Position numbers and translations under genes: made by a program. DNA of 64,000 nucleotides from an uncultured Candidatus Saccharibacteria bacterium (GTDB lineage Bacteria; Patescibacteriota; Dojkabacteria; J137), in contig CAZUKH010000001.1 in NCBI GenBank assembly GCA_964620955.1, forward strand, positions 53,481 through 117,480. The letters run 5' to 3'. Positions 9,570 to 18,787 of the stretch are shown here, piece after piece; within the stretch, counting starts at the first letter, position 1; each line of letters starts with the position of its first letter. The notes under the pieces were generated by a model, which was not told where the DNA came from, ran no database searches, and was given only the letters and a program-made list of their open reading frames with translations.

Positions 9570-12530
9570 TTACTGACATGCCTCGCACTGTGCTCGCTCA
9601 GCTGGATCCAGGGGACAAGCCTGACCTGGTATAAACTTGCTTTTAGCCTTAAAGTTGTGTTTCTCAACAATTTCGGTGCCCAAACTATCTTTGCGCATAA
9701 CCCCAAACCCAAATCGGCCAGTTCCGGAAACTTTAACTGTTGATTCTTCGTTAACAGGTTGGTCGCTAGAATCTACTTTTTCTTCACTAGCATTAACCGC
9801 AAATCCAAACCCTTTTATTTCCGGCTGATCTTTTGTTAACGCTGTTTGTGCTGTATGGGCATTTGTTAAAACCTCTTCGACTTCAGATTTAGATTGTAAT
9901 ACACCAAACCCTGATTTGTGAATCTTTTTTGCCTTATTAACCTTAATTGTACTCTGCTCTGCCTGATGTCTTGGTTTTACATGCAAGTAATAGGTTGTTT
10001 TTAATCCTCTTCTCCATGCGTCGGTGTAAATTTCTATCATTTCTTCAATATCACGAGTTTCAAGATACATGTTTCTGCTTAATGATTGATCAATCCACTT
10101 TTGCGCCCTTGAGGCTACTTCTATGTATGCATAAGGTGAAATTTGGAATGAGGTTTTATATATTTTCTTAATTTCATCCGGTATTAATTCTATATTTTGA
10201 ATATCACCATAGTTTTCTAAAACTTCATCTTTTACTTCATCCCAAATGCCTATCCTTAATAAATCTTTAACAAGATTTTGATTGATATCTAAAAATTTTC
10301 CATTTGAAGTTTGCCTGCTAAAAACCTGTGCAAAACGAGGATCTATTCCTGGTGATGTTCCAAGTACAAGCCCTGTAGATGCATTAGGGGCTATTGCCAT
10401 AGTTGTTGCGTTCCTAATACCCTTTTTTACCCTTTCTCTTAACTTATCCCAATTTAAACTTGCATTTCTATTTTGCTGCAATTTGATTCCTTTGCCTGGC
10501 TGTAAAAAATTTATTTGTTGTTCATCCGATGTTGTTACATTTGTATTTATGGAAGGCTCTAATTTTTGATTTTTTTCAAGAATTTGAGCCAGCTGGCTAA
10601 ATATCTCATAAAGTTCTTTGCTTTCTTTAGTAGAAGCAGATTTTATTCCAGATTCAATTTTATCTTTTAAGCTTGTAAGCGTATTCTCCAAAATAATATT
10701 TGATTGCTGATTTGAAGTTAAAAAAGAATTTTCCACATTTATCAACCTGTCTTTGTCAATTTTTTCAATTGTATCAAAAGGTACAAAACCTTTTGACCAT
10801 AAGGATCCTTCAAAGTTTTCATAAGAACCTCTTTCTTCTGCGAGATTACAACTTTCATCTATTGAAACATAGCTTATAAATTCGGTTAACTTGTCCATTA
10901 AATCAAATGCCTCTTGTGAATCATATGAGTACCCGAGGAGTTCGAGAGCTTCCGAAAATCCTGACATTCCCATTCCTACTGCTCTGTTTTTTGTGTCAGA
11001 GTTTTGGGCTTCTTTTACTGGTAACTCATTAACCTCAACCAAGTTATCTAGATGTCTCATTATTACCCTTACTGTTTCTTCAAGTGTTTCCCAATTAAAT
11101 TTGTCTTCATTTGTTTGCGAGTTAGTATTTACATGTGTTGCTAGATTTATATAAGCTAAGTTACAAACTGCAATATTATTTTCATCTTGGGGGAGTGTAA
11201 TTTCCGTACACAAATTGGAGCAGTGAATTGTGCCAGTATTATTGTTAAGCGCTCTAAGGTTAATGTTATCTTTCCATGTTAGCCACGGGTGAGATGTGCT
11301 TTGCAGCGAAGTAAGTATTTGTTTCATTTGCTCACTTGCTGGTACTACTTTAAACATTTTTAACTTTCCTTCTTTTGCCATTTGCACATACTCATTATAC
11401 TTTTTACTAAAAGAAGATCCATAAAGTTCGGCGAGCTCGGGAGTTTCATCGGGGTTAAACATGTACCAGTCTTCATGATTCACAACTCTCTTCATAAACT
11501 CATCAGAAATATATACAGCTGTATCTGCCGTTCTTATACGCCTGTAATCATCACCAGCATTTTGTTTTAAATCTAAAAACTCAGGAAAGTTTATATGCCA
11601 GTTTTCCATGTAAATACACATTGCTCCATACTTTTTACCGGCTCGTGACATAGATTTTAAAGCAGCATCCATTACTTTAATAAAGGGTATAGGACCAGTA
11701 GACAAAGTGTTATTTGACCTAACTGGTGAACCTGCTGCACGTAGTTTGGTAACAGATATTCCAATACCGCCAGTCGCTTTCGAAATTAAAGCAATGTTTT
11801 TTATATTGTCGTAAATTGAGTTTATATCGTCTTGTGTTTCCATCAAATAACAATTGCTCAAAACAGAACATGTTGTTCCTGCGCCAATATTTGTTGACCC
11901 ACCTGGAATATACTGTTTATTAGATAATTTTTTATAAAAAGTTTTAGCTCTTTCCGTTGGATCATCTTCTTTAAACGAAAGCCCCATTGCTATTCTCATC
12001 CACAAGTATTGAGGAGTTTCCATGAGCTTTTGGTTTCTATCTCTTATTGCGTATCTACTCTCTAATGTTGTAAGTCCTATAAAATCAAAGTTTTCATCAT
12101 TTTCAATCTGCAAAACCTTAGAAAGCGATTCCAAGTCGAAAAGTTCCGAAAGCTTTGGATTTAAAAGCTTTAGCTCTATGCCTTCGTTAATATATTTTTT
12201 AAAATTATCAGTATAAAGTTTTTCGAAAGTCGGAAAGTTAAGATCATTTCCAAAGATTTCTTTATACATTTTTGTAAGCAAAATCCTGGTTGCTAACTTA
12301 TCAAATTCAATATCATTTTGAATATTTTGAGTGCTCACAAGCACAGCAGAGTCCAAAAGGTCTTTAATATTCATTTCTTCAAACACTGTTAAACTAACTT
12401 CTTCGGCTACTGTTAAAATTTTATCTTCAATATCTTCAAACCCGTCGCAATGCTCACCGATAAAAGCCTTAAAAACTTCAGTGTTAAATGGTAAAAGACC
12501 TTCAAGATTTCGAAGCATTTCAATTTTCAT
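9570..12530 (-). CDS. nrdA: Ribonucleotide reductase class I large (alpha) subunit, lacking an ATP-cone, with internal and C-terminal expansions
   Basis: Active-site region GTIHCSNLCTEI. The C-terminus carries a Cys tail ACPLDPAERAQCEACQ. The adjacent nrdB places it in class I. At 986 aa it is unusually long for a cone-less protein. Confidence 0.9.
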   Translation of the reverse strand: MKIEMLRNLEGLLPFNTEVFKAFIGEHCDGFEDIEDKILTVAEEVSLTVFEEMNIKDLLDSAVLVSTQNIQNDIEFDKLATRILLTKMYKEIFGNDLNFPTFEKLYTDNFKKYINEGIELKLLNPKLSELFDLESLSKVLQIENDENFDFIGLTTLESRYAIRDRNQKLMETPQYLWMRIAMGLSFKEDDPTERAKTFYKKLSNKQYIPGGSTNIGAGTTCSVLSNCYLMETQDDINSIYDNIKNIALISKATGGIGISVTKLRAAGSPVRSNNTLSTGPIPFIKVMDAALKSMSRAGKKYGAMCIYMENWHINFPEFLDLKQNAGDDYRRIRTADTAVYISDEFMKRVVNHEDWYMFNPDETPELAELYGSSFSKKYNEYVQMAKEGKLKMFKVVPASEQMKQILTSLQSTSHPWLTWKDNINLRALNNNTGTIHCSNLCTEITLPQDENNIAVCNLAYINLATHVNTNSQTNEDKFNWETLEETVRVIMRHLDNLVEVNELPVKEAQNSDTKNRAVGMGMSGFSEALELLGYSYDSQEAFDLMDKLTEFISYVSIDESCNLAEERGSYENFEGSLWSKGFVPFDTIEKIDKDRLINVENSFLTSNQQSNIILENTLTSLKDKIESGIKSASTKESKELYEIFSQLAQILEKNQKLEPSINTNVTTSDEQQINFLQPGKGIKLQQNRNASLNWDKLRERVKKGIRNATTMAIAPNASTGLVLGTSPGIDPRFAQVFSRQTSNGKFLDINQNLVKDLLRIGIWDEVKDEVLENYGDIQNIELIPDEIKKIYKTSFQISPYAYIEVASRAQKWIDQSLSRNMYLETRDIEEMIEIYTDAWRRGLKTTYYLHVKPRHQAEQSTIKVNKAKKIHKSGFGVLQSKSEVEEVLTNAHTAQTALTKDQPEIKGFGFAVNASEEKVDSSDQPVNEESTVKVSGTGRFGFGVMRKDSLGTEIVEKHNFKAKSKFIPGQACPLDPAERAQCEACQ

Positions 12531-12565
12531 TTTTTTAAATTAACCAATAAAAATTTAGACCAACC

Positions 12566-12611
12566 ACTACATGTTGTATGGTATGACTAGATTAAACACA
12601 AAATATTGTGG
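12566..12611. promoter_or_regulatory. Candidate tandem NrdR boxes upstream of nrdA
   Basis: ACACAAAATATTGTGG at 12596-12611 matches the NrdR-box consensus acaCwAtATaTwGtgt at 14 of 16 positions. A weaker partial palindrome (CTACATGTTGTATGGT) sits about 29 bp upstream. Both lie 40-80 bp upstream of the nrdA start. Confidence 0.3.
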
Positions 12612-12766
12612 TGTCAAACCCATCCGTGAAACACAAGAACCCGTGAAAATATTTCCAGCAAAGGCTATTGCGCAATTCATTCAACTTAGCTATGTTTATG
12701 CCGTTTAACCGAATTAACTGAGCTAAGAATATTATGCGAAGCTTAAAATTGTGGAAAAGATTTTTT

Positions 12767-12834
12767 TGGTGGAGCCCGCAGGAGTCGAACCTGCTTCCGA
12801 AGAAAGTCTCACCTATACTGAGACCAAGGCCCCC
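12767..12834 (-). tRNA. Atypical tRNA-like element with acceptor stem, anticodon-like arm, extended variable region, canonical T-arm and encoded 3' ACCA, but no room for a D-arm. It may be a degenerate tRNA or a tRNA remnant.
   Basis: Minus-strand read: GGGGCCT-TGG-TCTCA[GTATAGG]TGAGA-CTTTCTTCGGAA-GCAGG[TTCGACT]CCTGC-GGGCTCC-ACCA. The T-loop is TTCGACT with a G53:C61 closing pair. The 7-bp acceptor includes a G3:U70 pair. No 5' acceptor partner exists further upstream for a long tmRNA. Confidence 0.4.
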
Positions 12835-12976
12835 AATTAAATCGCTAACTATTGCAATGTACTGAGTGTAATTGTAGTAGAATTGGCCTATAAAAACAAT
12901 ACCTAGTCTTCTTTAATGGCAAGTTACTGAAAAGTAGTTGAAAAAGATGGTAAGATATTGATAAATTTTAAGGGTC

Positions 12977-13687
12977 TTAAACTCTCTCAAGCTTACCTGC
13001 TATAGACCCAAAATAAAAAACTATTCCAAAGTTCAAAAGGTTTTCTTTAACAAATTCTTTTAATCCTTCGTTTCCTTTTTCTAATTCAATTCTTGTTGCT
13101 TGATTAAGCAAAATATCTGGCACCAATTTTGAGCTACTAGTTTTACAAGCTAACCATACATAATTTCCTGCTATTAATCCCATAATTGGCACAGAAGAGA
13201 TAATTAATGAATTAATATCTGTTAAAGAAAAAAAAGTAAATTGTGTAACATTAGCTGAGTGGTAAAACTTAGGATGTGTATGAAACGTTGCTACAACGCC
13301 ATTAATAATGCCAGATGAAAGCTGTTCCAATGGATAAGGTTTACTAGAAAACTTTTTATCTCCAAACGTTATATCTAGCTTTACCTTTGCTGAATCAACC
13401 TGAACAGGCTTAATTTCGTAGGTACTTTTTATTCCCACTGAGCTGTAGTTACCCGAGTATACCTGGCTAATATAAACTGAATCAGCAACAAAAAGTATAG
13501 ATAATCCGTATTCCCACCCTACAGCCCCACTCTTTTTAGCAAAAAATGGTTCTTTATTTGTATAGCGAGAAAGATCTTTGAGCCTTGAAGTTATTGAAGA
13601 CTCAAGAGTTATTGATTGAGGCCAGAATGAAGAACTAGGCAAAACTCTCTCACTAAAATATTTTTGTCCAATTTCTGAAATGTTCAT
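12977..13687 (-). CDS. Hypothetical protein, possibly JAB/MPN-like
   Basis: ORF of 236 aa containing FHTHPKFYHS...SLTD. This is reminiscent of the H-x-H...S-x-x-D JAMM metal site, but the spacing is non-canonical. Confidence 0.35.
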   Translation of the reverse strand: MNISEIGQKYFSERVLPSSSFWPQSITLESSITSRLKDLSRYTNKEPFFAKKSGAVGWEYGLSILFVADSVYISQVYSGNYSSVGIKSTYEIKPVQVDSAKVKLDITFGDKKFSSKPYPLEQLSSGIINGVVATFHTHPKFYHSANVTQFTFFSLTDINSLIISSVPIMGLIAGNYVWLACKTSSSKLVPDILLNQATRIELEKGNEGLKEFVKENLLNFGIVFYFGSIAGKLERV

Positions 13688-13734
13688 TGGTGTTTAAATT
13701 TTACATCAAACCCTAACAATACTAAAATGTACAA

Positions 13735-15606
13735 ATGGACTATATTGAACCTCCAAAGCAAAAACAAGAAAACAAAGTACAAAAAGGATTTTTTACTAAG
13801 ATAAAAAGATATTTGTCGCTTTTAGGAATTGCGCTCATTCTTATTTCCGCAGTACTTATTGGAATGTTTGTTACAAATACCGATAATACTTTCCTTCCTA
13901 TAACACTTAATGGACGTGTAGTTGATATTACAAATAACCCTGTGCCTAGTGCAGTAATTTACATAGACGATGTACAAAAGACACTTACAGATTCTAACGG
14001 CTTTTTTGAAGTTTCGGGTGTTGAAGAAGGAACAAGAAAGGTTAGAGTTGAAGCTAGCGGGTTTGCCCCTGTAGAAAAACAGGAAAACATCATTAACCAG
14101 TTTTTAAGCTTTAACTACTCTATATCTATTACTTTAGAATCAGCGGTAATGGCAAGATTTTCTGGAAGCTTTATAAAACCATTTGATGATTATAAATTCC
14201 TGGGTGACACACTAACAGTTGGAGATGCGAAAGTGATTATTGACCAAAACGGCAACTTCTCATCGGAAAAGGTGTTTACAGGTAAGCAACTCTTTAACTT
14301 TAGCTCTGCAAACTTTTTAGACATTACCCAAATTATCGAAATACTACCAGGTGATAATGAAGTTACCCCAATAGAACTTACAACTGCGGGAGACATTGTA
14401 GCTAAATTTGTGACATATGTTACCGAACAAAAACCTGATAACTATAACGTTGAGGTAACAGGAGTTTCAAAAGACAAAATTTCGATTAACGAAGAAAATC
14501 AGTTAAGAATTCGCGATTTGGAAGTCGGTAGAGATTATGCAATAAGGATATCGGGCTCAAACATTGAAACTAGAGATTTTAATATATCAGTTAAACAAGG
14601 CGAAACCCAGTTATCTGACAAACCTGTTGTAGAAAATGGACTTGCATTACTTAACGTTGAATTGCCCGAATCTAAAACCCCACAGCTTGTAACTCTTGAG
14701 TTAGACGGTCTTAACATTACTTCGCTTTTAAATTCTCATACAAATTTTAATAATAATCTAGCTTTAAATTATTTCTTAAATGCTAAAGAAAATGCTGCTT
14801 ACTATACTTCTCAAAAAGAAAAAATACGTGGGAAAGGAGGTAGCCTAAGTTTAGTTTATAAAATCGATTTAGACACAAACACAGAAACTAAAGTTACAGT
14901 TCAAACGGAATCACTTGGTAGAATTAATGCAAATTTTGAGGCAGAAAAGTTAGTAAACATTGTTGACTCTGTAAGTTCTCGAGAAAATACCCGGATAGTT
15001 GAGCTACGTGATTTAAGCGGAGACAATCCTATTAGTGTCACTTCAACTGTTAATGAAATAGTTAATGTCCTTGTATCCCAAAAATCCAACTTCATTTATT
15101 GGACAGAATATATAAAAAGCAGTAACAATTATATACTTTATGGATTAAATTTAGCTAGTGGAGAAAAAACTGAAATTTCTTCAACAAGTAATACTCAGCT
15201 TTGGGATGTTTCTGACTCTGGTAACAATATTATATTTTCTGAATTGGATTCACGAGGTGAGTTTCTAAACCTTGCTACTTACAACTTTGAATTAAAATCT
15301 AAACGAAACCTTATTCAAAACATTTTAGGAAGCAATTTCCAATATTTAAATGAAAGTGAAGAAACAATTCTTTTTTCGCAAAAATCCAATGAAAGAAGCG
15401 TAATTAACAAGTTTGATTTAACAAAGAACCTTATTGAACCAGTTATTAAATTATCAAATATAGAAAAAGATGATATTTTAAGTGTTTTTCAGCAGAGTTT
15501 TTTGATTTATTACGTCACAAAAGAAGGCGTATATGCATTTGATATCGATAACCCTTTCCCTTATAAGTTAGTATTTAGCGGGAATGCTACTGCACCGATT
15601 TACTAA
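13735..15606 (+). CDS. Membrane-anchored surface protein: N-terminal TM, a carboxypeptidase-regulatory-like beta-sandwich, and a C-terminal beta-propeller-like region
   Basis: TM segment LLGIALILISAVLIGMFV. The segment LNGRVVDITNNPVPSAVIYIDDVQKTLTDSNGFFEV is typical of CarboxypepD_reg-like domains. The C-terminal repeats (IYWTEY...YILYGLNLASGEKTEIS) are TolB/PD40-like. Confidence 0.5.
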   Translation: MDYIEPPKQKQENKVQKGFFTKIKRYLSLLGIALILISAVLIGMFVTNTDNTFLPITLNGRVVDITNNPVPSAVIYIDDVQKTLTDSNGFFEVSGVEEGTRKVRVEASGFAPVEKQENIINQFLSFNYSISITLESAVMARFSGSFIKPFDDYKFLGDTLTVGDAKVIIDQNGNFSSEKVFTGKQLFNFSSANFLDITQIIEILPGDNEVTPIELTTAGDIVAKFVTYVTEQKPDNYNVEVTGVSKDKISINEENQLRIRDLEVGRDYAIRISGSNIETRDFNISVKQGETQLSDKPVVENGLALLNVELPESKTPQLVTLELDGLNITSLLNSHTNFNNNLALNYFLNAKENAAYYTSQKEKIRGKGGSLSLVYKIDLDTNTETKVTVQTESLGRINANFEAEKLVNIVDSVSSRENTRIVELRDLSGDNPISVTSTVNEIVNVLVSQKSNFIYWTEYIKSSNNYILYGLNLASGEKTEISSTSNTQLWDVSDSGNNIIFSELDSRGEFLNLATYNFELKSKRNLIQNILGSNFQYLNESEETILFSQKSNERSVINKFDLTKNLIEPVIKLSNIEKDDILSVFQQSFLIYYVTKEGVYAFDIDNPFPYKLVFSGNATAPIY

Positions 15607-16148
15607 AGCCGCTTTGTTTTTTCAATAACTCCACCAAAAAAGAATAATGCTATTGATAGTAAAGCTACCCAAAAAATTATTTGTTCAATTTTCCAGTAAA
15701 CTTGGGTAGAGTAATAAAAATTCACTAGTGAATACCTAAGTTTGCAAAAAATAGTATCATAATCATGAAGTAAACCAGCATACATTACAGCCTTGGAAAG
15801 AACAATATTTGCAAAATACAGTGGAAAAACAAGTCCAAAAAAAGAGTTTAAAGAAACTACAGCAGAATACCTTTTGATTTCTTTTTCGTTTTGAAGTTGT
15901 ACAGTTTTTACAATAAGCTCCATAATCAAAAGCGTTATAAGTCCTAGAACAATTATTGAATAAATCATTAATAAAAGCTTTGCCAGTTCTGATTGGGTGC
16001 TTAAAGGCGAAAGTAACCATAACGCTATTACAAAAAGCATTACTGCAACGAAGTTTTTGACTACAAGATATTTATTGCTTAACTTTTCTATTCCTTCGAC
16101 TATTTTAGAAACTCTGTGAGTAGCATTATGCTTTTTGGATTGAGACAT
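15603..16148 (-). CDS. Hypothetical polytopic membrane protein
   Basis: ORF of 181 aa with 4-5 hydrophobic helices. Confidence 0.4.
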   Translation of the reverse strand: MSQSKKHNATHRVSKIVEGIEKLSNKYLVVKNFVAVMLFVIALWLLSPLSTQSELAKLLLMIYSIIVLGLITLLIMELIVKTVQLQNEKEIKRYSAVVSLNSFFGLVFPLYFANIVLSKAVMYAGLLHDYDTIFCKLRYSLVNFYYSTQVYWKIEQIIFWVALLSIALFFFGGVIEKTKRL

Positions 16149-16232
16149 AAACTTAATAATAAATACATTAATCTACATTAATATAATCTCTCTGGCAAGT
16201 GAGTACTGATTTAGTTAATGTTAAAATGATTA

Positions 16233-17429
16233 ATGCAAATAAACGATATAAAAAAAAGATTTGAGATTTTCAAAATATATAAAGACCTTGTTTACCTTGA
16301 TAGCGCAGCAACTACACATAAGCCCATACCAGTTGTTGAAAGCATGTCACAGTTTTACAACACTTCTTACGCCACTGCTGATAGAGGTCTATATCCTTTG
16401 TCTTTAAACGCCAGCAGGATATATGAAAAAGCAAGAGAAAAAGTTGCGAATTTTATTAACGCTAAACCTGAAGAAATTATTTTTACCGCAAGCAGCACTG
16501 ATTCACTAAACCTTATACTTGCACTTTTAACACAAAATAGTTTGTTGAAACATAATGATAAGGTATTGCTAACACGTGCAGATCACTCGTCGGCAACGCT
16601 GCCTTTTCAAAACTACTGCAAAAATATTGAATTTGCTAAAGTAAATTTAGATGGGGACTACGATCTTGAATCTGTATCAAAAACTGCTTTTAAAGTAGCT
16701 TCTCTTCCATTAACTAGTAACGTCACCGGCTATAACCTAGAAGGATCAATAAGTATAAATACAAATTTCCTGATTTTAGATGCCTCACAATCTGTTGGTC
16801 ACATTAAAGTGGATGTAAAGGCTTTGGATTGCGATTTTTTGAGCTTTTCAGCTCATAAAATGTACGGTCCAATGGGAATTGGCGTGCTGTTTGTTAAAGA
16901 ATCTTTGCTCAAGAAGCTTAAACCAGTTAAGTTTGGAGGCGGGGCTATTACAAATTATAGTAATACCGACATTGAATTTGCTTCAGGTGTGAAAGCATTT
17001 GAGCCAGGTACTCCTAATATTGCTGGGGCTGTAGGGCTTGCCAGTGCTATAGATTTTATAAACTCAATTGGAATACTTAAAATACAGGCACATGAGCAAA
17101 TGCTAAAAAAATCTTTGTTAAACGAACTAAGTTATATTAATGAAATTAAAATTGTTTCAAACACAAAACAAGAAGGTTCAATAGTAACTTTTTACCATGA
17201 TAATGTTCATGCGCATGATATTGCCGACTACCTTGGTCAAAAAGAGATATGTGTTAGAGCCGGCAACCATTGTGCACATATGTTTCAAAAACAATTTGGT
17301 ATTCCCGCAACTGTTAGAGCTAGTTTTGGTTTATACAATTCTCAAGATGACATAAATTCATTTATTGAAGAACTTAAACAAGCTTTAATGCTGTTTAAAA
17401 AGCAGAAAGGTGCCAGTAACCGGTTTTAA
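16233..17429 (+). CDS. sufS: Cysteine desulfurase (SufS/CsdA-type, class V aminotransferase)
   Basis: PLP-lysine motif FSAHKMYGPMGIGVLF and the catalytic-cysteine motif RAGNHCA near the C-terminus. Confidence 0.85.
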   Translation: MQINDIKKRFEIFKIYKDLVYLDSAATTHKPIPVVESMSQFYNTSYATADRGLYPLSLNASRIYEKAREKVANFINAKPEEIIFTASSTDSLNLILALLTQNSLLKHNDKVLLTRADHSSATLPFQNYCKNIEFAKVNLDGDYDLESVSKTAFKVASLPLTSNVTGYNLEGSISINTNFLILDASQSVGHIKVDVKALDCDFLSFSAHKMYGPMGIGVLFVKESLLKKLKPVKFGGGAITNYSNTDIEFASGVKAFEPGTPNIAGAVGLASAIDFINSIGILKIQAHEQMLKKSLLNELSYINEIKIVSNTKQEGSIVTFYHDNVHAHDIADYLGQKEICVRAGNHCAHMFQKQFGIPATVRASFGLYNSQDDINSFIEELKQALMLFKKQKGASNRF

Positions 17430-18681
17430 ACCCAACATTACAATTAGCATTTTGGCAAATAATTACATAATTTGCCCCATAAGGGTCTACACCTTTGTAA
17501 AGGTACCCATCGTGTGCCGAGTATACAGCAGTGTTCCATGGTACACCTGCAAAGTCAGCTCCTGTATGGAAGTCACAGTAATAAGTACTTCCCCACATAA
17601 AACACCTGTTTCCAAATGCACTTGTATAATAAACAGTACCTCTAATTGGCCAATCTAACTGACTTCCCCAGCCACAACCTGCAACTGGCCCACCGCCTTT
17701 TAAATACCCGCAAGGATCTTGCCATCCTCCGTTAACTTGAACCGAAAAATGCAAATGTGCACCAGTACAAAGACCAGTACAACCTTGCTGTCCAATTATC
17801 CTACCTGCTGTAACATACTGTCCTTGGTCAGTTGGTATAAAGGCGTTGAGAATTTGTTGTTGAACTAAATCGGCTTCAGCTTTTTTACGGATTTCTTCTT
17901 CGCTGAAAGCAGCAATAGCTCCTTCTTTTTGAGCAATTTCATTTTGAATGGCATTAATTTCGGCGTAGTATATTGCTTGTTGAACAGCCAGCTCGTCATG
18001 CTTTTTGGTTAAATCATCTCTTTTAATTTTAATTGCTTCTTGCTCTTGCTGTAAGTCTAGTTTTGCTTTATCCAGATCTTTTTTCTTACTCTCTAACTCT
18101 GCTTTAAGACTAGCGAGTTCTGTAAGCATTCTATTTGTATCATCTTGGATAATTGCTAAATATTGCGAGTCTTTAAAAAACTCGTTTATGCTGTCAGTAT
18201 TAAAAATGCTTGATGTATCTACTGTTGCTCCACCTGTAAGCCTAAAGCTTTTATAATTTTCTTTTATTCGTTTTGTTGATTCTACTTCAAGTTCTGAAAT
18301 AGTTTTTTCACTTTTTTCAATTTCTTTTTGATTTTCCGCTATTTTTTCTTCCAGAAGCTTAATATTTAAATCCAACTCTGCAACCTCTTTTTCTAAAATC
18401 TCAATTTCTTTTTGAAAGATCTGAATTTCGCCATAAAGTTGCGCTGCCTGGTTAGAATATCCCTGAAGCGTATACGAATCTGAGTCAATTTGGCTCTGAA
18501 GTTTGTTTTTCTCTTGTTGAATTGCATCAATTTCGTCCCTTAGTTTTCCAAGCTCATCTTCAAGTTCTTCTTGAGATTGACCTTCAATTACTTGAATGTT
18601 AAAAGGAACAAGCAACATTACTGCTAAACCAACTAAAACAAAAGCAGATAAAACTCTAACTACTCTTTTTCTTTTAAACAT
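17395..18681 (-). CDS. M23 family peptidoglycan metalloendopeptidase with an N-terminal TM and a long coiled coil (EnvC-like)
   Basis: M23 motifs HTGADF and GAHLHFSV at the C-terminus. The central ~250 aa are heptad-rich (LEEKIAENQKEIEKSEKTISELE...). Confidence 0.8.
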   Translation of the reverse strand: MFKRKRVVRVLSAFVLVGLAVMLLVPFNIQVIEGQSQEELEDELGKLRDEIDAIQQEKNKLQSQIDSDSYTLQGYSNQAAQLYGEIQIFQKEIEILEKEVAELDLNIKLLEEKIAENQKEIEKSEKTISELEVESTKRIKENYKSFRLTGGATVDTSSIFNTDSINEFFKDSQYLAIIQDDTNRMLTELASLKAELESKKKDLDKAKLDLQQEQEAIKIKRDDLTKKHDELAVQQAIYYAEINAIQNEIAQKEGAIAAFSEEEIRKKAEADLVQQQILNAFIPTDQGQYVTAGRIIGQQGCTGLCTGAHLHFSVQVNGGWQDPCGYLKGGGPVAGCGWGSQLDWPIRGTVYYTSAFGNRCFMWGSTYYCDFHTGADFAGVPWNTAVYSAHDGYLYKGVDPYGANYVIICQNANCNVGFKTGYWHLSAF

Positions 18682-18787
18682 TTCTTTGTTTATATATACC
18701 TAAACATTGTATACATAGTATCTGTTACTTTGCAAGTGACGAAGCGTCTTAAGCCTTTGTGGGTATAGAAAGTTTTGTTATACGAAA

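Noticed and set aside
9570-12530. An intein in the oversized NrdA.
   Set aside because: No Cys/Ser at plausible splice junctions followed by a terminal His-Asn, and no LAGLIDADG/HNH blocks. The extra sequence is low-complexity linker and a C-terminal tail.
12767-13120. A standard one-piece tmRNA (ssrA) ending at the TTCGACTCC...ACCA 3' terminus.
   Set aside because: The acceptor partner GGGGCCT lies only 60 nt upstream of the 3' strand. No RRRCYCC-type partner, GGATTCGAC-like 5' motif or ...ALAA tag frame was found 300-400 nt upstream. A 350-nt RNA would also overlap the C-terminus of ORF 12977-13687.
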